Shown one piece after another: positions 37,700 to 46,099 of a stretch of 64,000 nt of DNA; position 1 is the stretch's first letter; every line of letters starts with the position of its first letter. A model generated the notes under the pieces. It was not told the DNA's origin. It saw only the letters and a list, made by a program, of their open reading frames with translations, and ran no database searches. Position numbers and translations under genes: made by a program. The DNA lies in contig JABEUQ010000093.1 in the NCBI GenBank assembly GCA_013044265.1, forward strand, positions 31,235-95,234, given 5' to 3'. The stretch comes from Acidimicrobiaceae bacterium (lineage in GTDB: Bacteria > Actinomycetota > Acidimicrobiia > Acidimicrobiales > RAAP-2).

Positions 37700-38605
37700 T
37701 CAAAACTTTGTCGTGTCCGCCTTCAACGGCATCCACGGCCAATCCTCCGGAGCTCCCTCCTCGGCAACGACCTTGTTCGCGATTGAACCAACCCCCTCAA
37801 TAAACACCTCGATGGTGTCCCCCGGGTTGAGCCATACCGGCGGCGTCCGCGCGAACCCGACGCCCCCCGGCGTGCCGCTCGCAATGACGTCTCCCGGACG
37901 CAACGTGGTGAATGATGAGAAATACTCCACAGCACGCTGGACGCTGACGATCATGTCCGACGTACGAGCATCTTGCATGACGGTTCCATTAAGAATGGAG
38001 CGAATCGCCAAGTCGTTCACGTTGACCTCGTCGTTGGTCACCAATTCTGGACCGATCGGCATCGTGCCCTCGAAGTTCTTGCCCGGCGTCCACTGGGTCG
38101 CGGCACGCTGCCACTCGCGAGCGGAACCGTCGTTCATGACCGAGTAACCCAAAATCGACTCAAAGGCGTTCTCCGCCTTGATGTAGCGGCCGCCCTTACC
38201 AATAATGATGGCCAACTCTGCTTCGTAGTCCATCCGCACGCTCAATGCCGGCTTGACGAAGTCATCGAAAGCGCCAATGACGCTACCCGCCCCGCGCACG
38301 AACGACTCGGGCCAGGTCGGCACCGCTCGTCCCCCCTCGATGGCGTGGTCGGCGTAGTTCACGCCGAGACACAAAATGCGCGGCGGATTCGGCGTGAGTG
38401 GTCCGAAGTCGGTACCTTCGTAGTTCTGCCCCGCTTGTACTGAGACACCACGCGCCACGTTCAGAGCCGCGTCACCACCTTCGGCGAGTCCGTTCAATGT
38501 CGCAAGTGCCTCATCGCCAGTGGCGTCAGCAAGGTCTACGTACCCCTGGCTCCCCTTCACGTGTAGTCGAAGTCCCCGCGAGGTCCTGATTGTCGCAAAC
38601 CTCAT
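37700..38605 (-). CDS. Fumarylacetoacetate hydrolase (FAH)-family protein
   Basis: ILCLGVNYADH, DYEAELA, NDGSAREWQ, GKNFE, GDVIASGTPGGVG. Confidence 0.93.
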   Translation of the reverse strand: MRFATIRTSRGLRLHVKGSQGYVDLADATGDEALATLNGLAEGGDAALNVARGVSVQAGQNYEGTDFGPLTPNPPRILCLGVNYADHAIEGGRAVPTWPESFVRGAGSVIGAFDDFVKPALSVRMDYEAELAIIIGKGGRYIKAENAFESILGYSVMNDGSAREWQRAATQWTPGKNFEGTMPIGPELVTNDEVNVNDLAIRSILNGTVMQDARTSDMIVSVQRAVEYFSSFTTLRPGDVIASGTPGGVGFARTPPVWLNPGDTIEVFIEGVGSIANKVVAEEGAPEDWPWMPLKADTTKF

Positions 38606-38756
38606 TGGTATTCCCCCCTGGTTTTTTCAACCAAATTGGTTGAATTGGTTACATCTACGAATGCGTACTATATGGCCTGCCCCATGGATTGTCAATCACT
38701 AGGGATGAATTTTTTAAATATGTCAGTAACGCATTTGTAATATTGGTAGGATTGGT
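38604..38756. promoter_or_regulatory. FadR-type operator array in the divergent FAH/fadR promoter
   Basis: Perfect 9-1-9 palindrome TTCAACCAA-A-TTGGTTGAA (38626-38644) and five ATTGGT copies (38604, 38635, 38644, 38742, 38751). Confidence 0.65.
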
Positions 38757-38824
38757 TTCATGAGAAGTCAACTCATTCATCAGCACCGGGAACTTGACTT
38801 CAGTCCGTCCTTCGCAGGAGGTAA

Positions 38825-39535
38825 ATGATGACCACCGTGTCCAATGATCAGATGCGCGACGTGGCCGACAACATCTTGATGTCCGCTACTCACACGGGGT
38901 TGCGCAGCGGAAATCGACTGCCCACCGAGCGTGAGCTCGCTCACGCCCTCAAACTGTCGCGCACCACGATTCGCAATGCCATGGCCCTTCTCGAAAGTGA
39001 GGGTGTCGTCTCACGCGAGGTTGGTCGCGGGACATTCCTGCGGCGTGATCCCGACGTGGTCCTCGGGGTTGAAGTTGGTCATTCACGTGCCCACTCAGTG
39101 GTGGGCAACGTCAGTCCCGCTGATGTCATGAATGCTCGAATACTGATCGAACCAGCGGCTCTCGCGGCCACCGTAGAGAACGCCACTGCGAGCGATTTCG
39201 CCGAGATCGAACGCTGCCTCATCGGTGGCGAGAACGCGGCCGACTACGACGAGTTCGAACGTTGGGACCTCGCCCTTCATCAAGCGTTCGTTCGCGCTTC
39301 GCACAACCCTCTCATTGAGAACATGTATCACTTCATCGCCGAGGCCCGCCTCTCGGTGGCCTGGGGCAGTCTGAAGCGTCGTAGCGACACCCCTGAGCGC
39401 CGCGAACATTATTGCAATCAACACCGAGAGATCGCCCAAGCACTGGCCAACCGTGATGGCCGTAGCGCGCGCGAAGCAATGATGCGTCACCTGGGCTCCG
39501 TCGAAGACAACTTGCAGCGAGCGGCGCAGAGTTAA
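38825..39535 (+). CDS. GntR/FadR-family regulator
   Basis: RLPTERELA..L.LSRTTIRNA, GRGTF; FCD domain DLALHQAF..ASHNP, H. Confidence 0.93.
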   Translation: MMTTVSNDQMRDVADNILMSATHTGLRSGNRLPTERELAHALKLSRTTIRNAMALLESEGVVSREVGRGTFLRRDPDVVLGVEVGHSRAHSVVGNVSPADVMNARILIEPAALAATVENATASDFAEIERCLIGGENAADYDEFERWDLALHQAFVRASHNPLIENMYHFIAEARLSVAWGSLKRRSDTPERREHYCNQHREIAQALANRDGRSAREAMMRHLGSVEDNLQRAAQS

Positions 39536-39546
39536 AGTCTCTTGAT

Positions 39547-40563
39547 CTACACCACCGAATCGCGCACGTGAACGAATTGTTCGATGGCATGCTCTCGATG
39601 GACTGAAGCCGCTAACGCTACGGTCAAGGCAACCCGAGATTTACGCGCGTCTAGAGAACCACCGGATATCACGCCTCGTGACAGGAGATCCGTTTCGGAG
39701 CCCACGAAACCGTAAGTATTGTCAAGGACCTCCCCGGCGCCGGTCCGCGAACACAACACCACGGGCATCTGCGCTACCAGGTTTTCGACGTCGGGTGCCA
39801 TGACTCCAGGCACATGTCCAGCACCGAAACCTTCGATGACCGTGCCACGGTACCCCGAGGCAGCGAGAGTGCGTAGCGTTCGCCCGTCATCACCGATCGC
39901 GCACGTGATGAGGGCGACACGTGGCACGTCCTTGAGCAAGTCGAGCGAGATCCTCGCAAGATGGTTGGGCCGCAGGACAACGCGCACCCGTTCCTCCTTC
40001 ACCCATCCGAGGGGCCCGCAACTCGGCGATTGAAAAGTCGCGAGACTCGAAGTATGCGTCTTGCGTACGAACCGCGCGGCGTGCACCAAGTCATTCATCA
40101 CGACCACGCACCCCAATCCACGCGCATCGGGTGATGCGGCGACCTTCACGGCCGCCAGGACGTTGCCCGGTCCGTCGGGACTCGCCTGGGTGGGATTGCG
40201 CATGGCTCCGGTGACGACAATGGGTGACGGCCCGTCGAGCAAGACGTCGAGCGTGAAGGAGGTCTCCTCTATCGTGTCAGTCCCCTGGGTCACCACGACG
40301 CCATCAACGCCATCTTTGAGACGGTCCCTAATGAGCCGAGAAAGAGCAACCACGTCGTCCAAGGTGATGTCGCCCGAAGGCACCTGACGAAATGACAGCG
40401 TCTCAATGTCAGCCACCTCGTGAAGTCCGGGCACCGAGTCGACGAGGTCCTGCGCCGTGAGCTGGGGTACCACGCCGTGAGCGCTCTGCGCCGTTGTAGA
40501 AGCGATCGTCCCCCCGAGGGAAACGACGAGTACGCGCGCGCGCCGATCTGTGTTTGTCAACAT
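39547..40563 (-). CDS. L-asparaginase/glutaminase-family amidohydrolase
   Basis: GGTIAS, TQGTDTIEET, VTGAMR, RKTHT, EGFGAGH, SRTGAG; start moved to ATG 40563 behind GGAGG. Confidence 0.92.
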   Translation of the reverse strand: MLTNTDRRARVLVVSLGGTIASTTAQSAHGVVPQLTAQDLVDSVPGLHEVADIETLSFRQVPSGDITLDDVVALSRLIRDRLKDGVDGVVVTQGTDTIEETSFTLDVLLDGPSPIVVTGAMRNPTQASPDGPGNVLAAVKVAASPDARGLGCVVVMNDLVHAARFVRKTHTSSLATFQSPSCGPLGWVKEERVRVVLRPNHLARISLDLLKDVPRVALITCAIGDDGRTLRTLAASGYRGTVIEGFGAGHVPGVMAPDVENLVAQMPVVLCSRTGAGEVLDNTYGFVGSETDLLSRGVISGGSLDARKSRVALTVALAASVHREHAIEQFVHVRDSVV

Positions 40564-40699
40564 GTTGCCTCCAGAGTTCACACTAGATGCCTCGCCGCCG
40601 TGCACCAGAAACCCTGGGCTACTATCGCAACAAGGACACCCTCTTCGTTTCGTGCGACGAGAAGTCAACCAGCCAGAAGCAAGCTGACAAAGGAGTGCC

Positions 40700-41377
40700 G
40701 TGGCCGTCGTCGATCGCACCACCCAACGAGCGGACATTTCACACGTGCGCACACTGTCTTCCTTCAGTGTGGCCACCATCCACGAAGCCCAGGACCGCAC
40801 CGGTCTCTTGGCCTCGCGTCTGCGACCGATCTTTCGCGGCACCCGAGTCGCGGGTACCGCTCTGACGTGTGAAGTGGCACCGGGTGACAACTCTTCGATC
40901 CACGTCGCCGGCGACGTCGCGCGTGACGGTGACCTCCTCGTCGTGACACCCACGAGTGCCTGCGACGACGGCTACTTCGGCGAGTTGTTGGCGACTCACA
41001 TGGTGGCTCGCGGCGTCGTTGGATTGGTGATTGACGCCGGGGTACGCGACGTCGCCGAACTCCGTGACATGTCCTTTCCCGTGTGGTCGAGCGCCATAAG
41101 TGCGCGAGGCACGGTCAAGGAGACCCCGGGCAATGTGCAGGTGCCGATTGTCTGCGCCGGCGTCGCCATCGCTCCCGGTGACGTCGTCGTGGCCGACGAT
41201 GACGGTGTCGTGGTGGTCGCTCGTGAGGACGCCCTCGAAGTGATTGCCGAATGTCGCGCACGCGAAGCCAAGGAAGCGGCGTATCGCAAACTTCTCGTGG
41301 CCGGTGAAGGGACTCTTGACCTCTTCGCACTTCGTCAGAAATTCCTCGACGCCGGTTTACGCGACATCAAGGAATAA
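40700..41377 (+). CDS. ligK: 4-carboxy-4-hydroxy-2-oxoadipate/HMG aldolase (LigK/GalC/ProA, RraA fold)
   Basis: VATIHEAQ.R.GLL, VAPGDN, DGYFGELLAT, GVRD, GTVKET, PGD.VVADDDGVVVV, all matching recalled LigK. Confidence 0.8.
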   Translation: MAVVDRTTQRADISHVRTLSSFSVATIHEAQDRTGLLASRLRPIFRGTRVAGTALTCEVAPGDNSSIHVAGDVARDGDLLVVTPTSACDDGYFGELLATHMVARGVVGLVIDAGVRDVAELRDMSFPVWSSAISARGTVKETPGNVQVPIVCAGVAIAPGDVVVADDDGVVVVAREDALEVIAECRAREAKEAAYRKLLVAGEGTLDLFALRQKFLDAGLRDIKE

Positions 41378-41423
41378 ACGACGGGATTCGTTTGAACTCG
41401 CACCACTACGGGCAAGGAAGATA

Positions 41424-41705
41424 ATGGACTTTCACTCTGCTAGCAGTGAATTCTTCTCTGACGAGGAACTCACGAGTCTTGCCCTCAGCGCGGATCCACA
41501 TCCCACCATCGACGCTCGCGTGGCGCCATGGCGGCTAACGAGCGGCGTCGGGAACGGGCTCCTGCCCGACTGGTACATGCCCGCGCCCACGAGTCGACAC
41601 AGGGGAAAAGGCACCAAGGTGGCAATTGGCGTCATCGTTGCGAGCTTCGTACTCATCAACGCGCTCGGTCTGTGCGTCACCTACGGCTTCGTATCGGTGG
41701 CCTGA
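41424..41705 (+). CDS. Small hypothetical membrane protein
   Basis: ATG behind AAGGAAG; DEEL..LAL.ADP, LLPDWYMP, C-terminal TM helix ending LGLCVTYG. Confidence 0.6.
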   Translation: MDFHSASSEFFSDEELTSLALSADPHPTIDARVAPWRLTSGVGNGLLPDWYMPAPTSRHRGKGTKVAIGVIVASFVLINALGLCVTYGFVSVA

Positions 41706-42745
41706 CCACTTTGAGTAGCTCGTCGCACCACCGGCAACACCTCGCTCGCTAATAATTCAATCGAGCGGGCTGTCTCCTTGAAGGGCAGTCCTCCGAGTCC
41801 GATCTGGGCGAGGAAGCGGGTATGCCCCAGCATCTCGTACTCCCACAGCATCTTGTCAATAATCTCTTGGGGGCTGCCGCAGAACAGTGCGCCGTGCGGG
41901 GAGGCCCACGCCTCAAAGTGGTCGTGCGCTAGGGGTACGCCGCGCGCGTGGGGCATGTTGCCGCCGATGTATCGCGAGTAGTAGGGGTAAAAAACTTCGC
42001 GGGCGCCCTGTGATGACTCGTCGACGAAGAAATGGCTCGTCACTCCCAAGCGTAGGTCATCGCTCGCGTAGCCGGCTCCAAGTCCGCTCTGACGATAGAG
42101 AAGGGCAAGATCGACGAAACGCTCGGGTTGACCCAGAATGGCGAAGTAGGTACTCAGACCGTTGCGGCCCGCACGCACGACGCTGGCGGGAGTTCCCCCG
42201 ACCGCAATCCAGACCGGGATCTCGCCCTCGAGAGCGCGCGGGTAGACCCCCGCTTCCTTCAACGGCGCACGGAAATTTCCCGACCAGGTGACGAGTTCTT
42301 GTCGATTTATCCGCAGCAAAAGCTCAAGCTTCTCTTCGAACAATTCGTTGTAGTCCTCCAACTCAAAGCCGTAGAGGGGAAAGGACTCGACGTACGCGCC
42401 ACGTCCCGCGGTAATCTCGGCGCGCCCCTGCGATATCAGGTCGAGAGTCGCGAAGTCCTCGTAGACGCGCACAGGGTCCGAAGTGGAGAGTACGGTGACG
42501 GTACTCGTGAGGCGGATGCGCGACGTGGCTTCGGCAATCGCGGCCAGTACCACGGCGGGCGACGAGATGGCGAAATCGCGCCGATGGTGTTCGCCAACGC
42601 CAAAGACGTCAAGTCCCACTTCGTCGGCAATTTTGGCGAGCTCGATGAATTCGCGCAAACGCTGCGCGGGACTGATGGCTGCTCGCGTCGTCGAGCGCGG
42701 AACTTCGCCAAAAGTGAAGAGTCCTATCTCCATACCCGTACTCAA
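41681..42745 (-). CDS. LLM-class (luciferase-like) flavin-dependent oxidoreductase
   Basis: GVGEHHR, STSDPVRVYEDFATLD, AGRGAYVESFPLYG; alternative start ATG 42733. Confidence 0.93.
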   Translation of the reverse strand: MSTGMEIGLFTFGEVPRSTTRAAISPAQRLREFIELAKIADEVGLDVFGVGEHHRRDFAISSPAVVLAAIAEATSRIRLTSTVTVLSTSDPVRVYEDFATLDLISQGRAEITAGRGAYVESFPLYGFELEDYNELFEEKLELLLRINRQELVTWSGNFRAPLKEAGVYPRALEGEIPVWIAVGGTPASVVRAGRNGLSTYFAILGQPERFVDLALLYRQSGLGAGYASDDLRLGVTSHFFVDESSQGAREVFYPYYSRYIGGNMPHARGVPLAHDHFEAWASPHGALFCGSPQEIIDKMLWEYEMLGHTRFLAQIGLGGLPFKETARSIELLASEVLPVVRRATQSGQATDTKP

Positions 42746-43362
42746 CAGTTCAATACTCTCTCTAGCCAGGGGGACAATGCAGCCACGACCTCGGGAGCAA
42801 GGACGTGACCACCGCTCGTGCGATAGACCTCGAGTGAGGCACCCGACCTCTCGTGGAGATATTCCCAGGTCGACGCCATCAGCTCACGCGGCATCACGGT
42901 GTCATTCACTCCTTGAGCGTGCAGGATATTCACCCCCAAGAGTCGATCCGGCGTCGTGGGCACCCCCGCGTCGAAGGGGATCGTCCCGTAGAGCAACGCC
43001 GCGCCAGCGAATCGAACCGGGTCGTCAAGGACCAGGCCGGCGGCGAAAGCAGTGCCGCCACTGAATCCCACGAGGGCCACGGGTCTGGTCGCTGCGACAC
43101 CGTCCAACCACCCACGAAACCAATCAATCGAGGAGCGCAGCGACTCCGGCACGGGACGACCAATGCCGCGATTCTCGAACCACGTGAACTGCTCGGGACC
43201 CAGCACGACCGGACCTCGCAGGGCGGCCAAAGCGTAGTGCTGGGATAGCGGCGCCGCCAGTGAGTTGATCTCGAGCTCATTCGAACCACGCCCGTGCAAC
43301 AGGACAACAAGCGGGTCGCGCTGATCTGTCGAACCACTCCACAACACCGTCGGCGTCGTCAT
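42742..43362 (-). CDS. Phospholipase/carboxylesterase (alpha/beta hydrolase)
   Basis: LLHGRGSN, nucleophile GFSGG, D in G.ND, GGH; TAAGGT 6 nt before ATG. Confidence 0.9.
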   Translation of the reverse strand: MTTPTVLWSGSTDQRDPLVVLLHGRGSNELEINSLAAPLSQHYALAALRGPVVLGPEQFTWFENRGIGRPVPESLRSSIDWFRGWLDGVAATRPVALVGFSGGTAFAAGLVLDDPVRFAGAALLYGTIPFDAGVPTTPDRLLGVNILHAQGVNDTVMPRELMASTWEYLHERSGASLEVYRTSGGHVLAPEVVAALSPWLERVLNC

Positions 43363-43504
43363 ATTTCCACCTTACTGAGCGCACTAGTTAGTTGATGTTT
43401 CTACAATCATATCGCTATTTCGATGAAATGTCACCGACTAGGCATCCAGCAGCACGTACAGCGCATCGGGGCCCGCACTCTCATCGCGCTCAACGGCACG
43501 ACCC

Positions 43505-44269
43505 TCAAATCACCGGAGATAAACCACCGTCAACGCTCAGGCCCACGCCCGTCACGTAACTGGCCCGCGAGGAGAGCAGGAACGTCGCCACGTCGGCGAA
43601 TTCCTCAGCACGTCCATAACGCCCCAGGGGAATGCGCGCGTTCTTCGTCGCCTCGAGGTAGTACTCGTCGAGAGATTGCTGGTTCGTCGCCGCACGGCGA
43701 ACCCACTGACCCGACTCGATGAGCCCAATCAGCACTGCGTTGACTCGAATACCCCTGGGAGCTACCTCGTGAGCCAGCGCTTTAGTAAACGCCAGCCCCG
43801 CCGCGCGCGACGCTGAGGTGGGCGTTGACCCGTTGGGCGGGGTGCGAGCTGAAATGGCCAGCACATTGACAATGGCGCCACCCGCCTCGAGGTGCTCCAG
43901 TGACGCTCGAGAGATACGTAGCGCCGCCAACACTTTGAGTTCGTAATCGTCGCGCCACTGCTCGTCGGAGGAGGTGGCCACGGGTGTGGCTATCGCCGCG
44001 CCCGCATTGTTCACCACTCCATCGAGGCGAGAGAACCGTTCGAGAGTGACATCAATGAACATCTCGCAATCGCTCGCGCGGGTGACATCGGCTTGTACAC
44101 ACAGAGCACCCGGTCCCAGCAGTTCCTGAGCGATCTCGAGGCGCTGTTCGTTCCGCCCGCACACCGCCACGTTCGCCCCCTCGGCCACGAGTCGTCGTGC
44201 GAGGGCCAGTCCGAGTCCGTCGGTTCCCCCGGTGATCGCTACGGTTCGTTCGTTGAGTTCTAGATCCAT
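43505..44269 (-). CDS. Atypical SDR (BKR-like, no catalytic Tyr)
   Basis: TGGTDGLG, NNAG, YxxxK replaced by TSASR; TAGGAT 6 nt before ATG. Confidence 0.88.
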   Translation of the reverse strand: MDLELNERTVAITGGTDGLGLALARRLVAEGANVAVCGRNEQRLEIAQELLGPGALCVQADVTRASDCEMFIDVTLERFSRLDGVVNNAGAAIATPVATSSDEQWRDDYELKVLAALRISRASLEHLEAGGAIVNVLAISARTPPNGSTPTSASRAAGLAFTKALAHEVAPRGIRVNAVLIGLIESGQWVRRAATNQQSLDEYYLEATKNARIPLGRYGRAEEFADVATFLLSSRASYVTGVGLSVDGGLSPVI

Positions 44270-44303
44270 AGCGACATCCTAGAAAGTCGAAGTGATCAAC
44301 CAA

Positions 44304-45149
44304 CTAGTGCGTACGACGAATCTCCACCACGACGCCGAGTTGCGTCGACGCCGGACCCTGATATATCCCCTTGAGGGGCGCGACGTCGTCGTAGTCTCGA
44401 CCGTGTCCGACGATGATGTGCCGCTCGGTTTCACGCACCCCGTTGGTGGGATCGATGCCCGTCCACGAACCCGAGAAATATTCCACCCACGCGTGGCTCT
44501 GCCCTTCAACCACGTCACCAACCGTAGGTTCGCTGGCGGGATAGAGGTAGCCCGACACGTAGCGCGCCGGTATACCCATCGCGCGTAACAGTCCAATGGT
44601 CACGTGGGTGATGTCCTGGCACACACCCTTTCGACGGTCCCAGGCCTCTTGGGCCGTTGCCGATACCGTGGTCGCCCCCGGCACGTAGGCAATCTCGTTG
44701 CGCACGTACTCTGACGCCGCCTCCACGCACTGGTGCACGTCGGCCACATTCTGCCAGTCCTCGATCTCCTTCTCAACGGTGCCCACGAGTGTGGTGCGAT
44801 GTGTGGGTAGCAAAAACTCTGAGAAACGATCGGTCAATCGTTCACTGCGCAATTCACTCCAGCCCAGGGGTGATTCCAAGGTCGCGGCCCAACTCTCCAC
44901 CTGTGACGTCGCCTCCACCTCGAGTTGAGGGTGATTCTCTTGAATATCGAAAACTGTCACGACCGTGCCGAAGTAGTCGACGTGTGTCGACACGGGGATC
45001 ACTGGTCGCACCAGGATCTTCGAAGTCTGGACTGATTGGGTACTGAGAGAGCGCGGCGTCATTCGTGCTTCGTTATACGAGGCCTTCGCGAGGCCGTCGT
45101 AGGTAAAACCCGTATGGTGACGAATCGAGAGACCGAGACGTTCACTCAC
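44304..45149 (-). CDS. Bacterial transglutaminase-like protein
   Basis: IRHHTGFTY, NEARMTP, catalytic GVCQDITH, PARYVSGY, SHAWVE, DPTN, GRDYDDVAP; GTG 45149 overlaps the alpha-E stop. Confidence 0.93.
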   Translation of the reverse strand: MSERLGLSIRHHTGFTYDGLAKASYNEARMTPRSLSTQSVQTSKILVRPVIPVSTHVDYFGTVVTVFDIQENHPQLEVEATSQVESWAATLESPLGWSELRSERLTDRFSEFLLPTHRTTLVGTVEKEIEDWQNVADVHQCVEAASEYVRNEIAYVPGATTVSATAQEAWDRRKGVCQDITHVTIGLLRAMGIPARYVSGYLYPASEPTVGDVVEGQSHAWVEYFSGSWTGIDPTNGVRETERHIIVGHGRDYDDVAPLKGIYQGPASTQLGVVVEIRRTH

Positions 45150-46099
45150 AGCCCCTCCTCCATGTGCCACACCACTGCCTCTTCGTGGCGAAAGTAACGA
45201 TCGGTCACCGCGTCAGTGATACGAAAACACGTCGCTTCGAGCATCTCGAGGAGTTCGGGCAACTGGTCAATCAGTTGACGCGGATCAATGAATTCAAGCG
45301 TTCCTCGCGCGCGCGCCAACGCTTGGCGTGCCACGTCGCCGGAACTGATGCGCTGACTGATCGGCTGAATCTCGACGAGGCACTCATCGGCGAGATTGAG
45401 CGAATACAGTACTGAACGCGGGAAGAGCCGGTCCAGCATCAAGAACGCTGCCACGCCATTGGCGTCATTAATCTCACGCGTATTACGCATAAAGGCCTCC
45501 ATGGCCCCCGAAGCACGTAGGAACGCCATCCAGTCCGGCGCATTATCCTCACTGACCACGCGCCCGCGTAGGAGACGTGCAGTCATGTCGATACGCTCGA
45601 GATTCCTACCGAGCACTAGGAACCGCCAACCGTCATCGTGGCTGAGCGTGGCGTCAGTGAGTCCGGCTAACAACGACGTACGCTCACGTACGTAGGTCAG
45701 ATAGGTGGATGGACCGAGATCGCGCGCACGCTTTTCTCGCTTCGGTAACTCGTTACGCGTGGTGTTGAGCGCCACCCACATCTCCGAAGAGATGTAGTCA
45801 CGACTTCGCCGCGCATTCTCAAAAGCCCCGTTGAGGGCTCCAGCAATCGAGTTGGGATTTTCGATGTCGTACGCGATGGTTTGCAGAGTTTCCGATGTCC
45901 GCAGACGCTCGGACTCGACTTCGATCCCCAGAATTGCGAAGAGTGAACGGCACGTCGCGCTCTCGTCATTGAAGGGGTCCTCCACCATACGGTGCACGTA
46001 GGAGTCGACGATCCGTGCAGTGTCATCGGCCCGCTCGATGTAGCGACCGATCCAAAACAATGACTCCGCGAGTCGCGAGAGCATGCCACGCTCACTCAT
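45146..46099 (-). CDS. Alpha-E domain protein
   Basis: MLSRLAESLFWIGRYIERA, second ER motif GRNLERIDMTAR, FPRSV. Confidence 0.93.
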   Translation of the reverse strand: MSERGMLSRLAESLFWIGRYIERADDTARIVDSYVHRMVEDPFNDESATCRSLFAILGIEVESERLRTSETLQTIAYDIENPNSIAGALNGAFENARRSRDYISSEMWVALNTTRNELPKREKRARDLGPSTYLTYVRERTSLLAGLTDATLSHDDGWRFLVLGRNLERIDMTARLLRGRVVSEDNAPDWMAFLRASGAMEAFMRNTREINDANGVAAFLMLDRLFPRSVLYSLNLADECLVEIQPISQRISSGDVARQALARARGTLEFIDPRQLIDQLPELLEMLEATCFRITDAVTDRYFRHEEAVVWHMEEGL

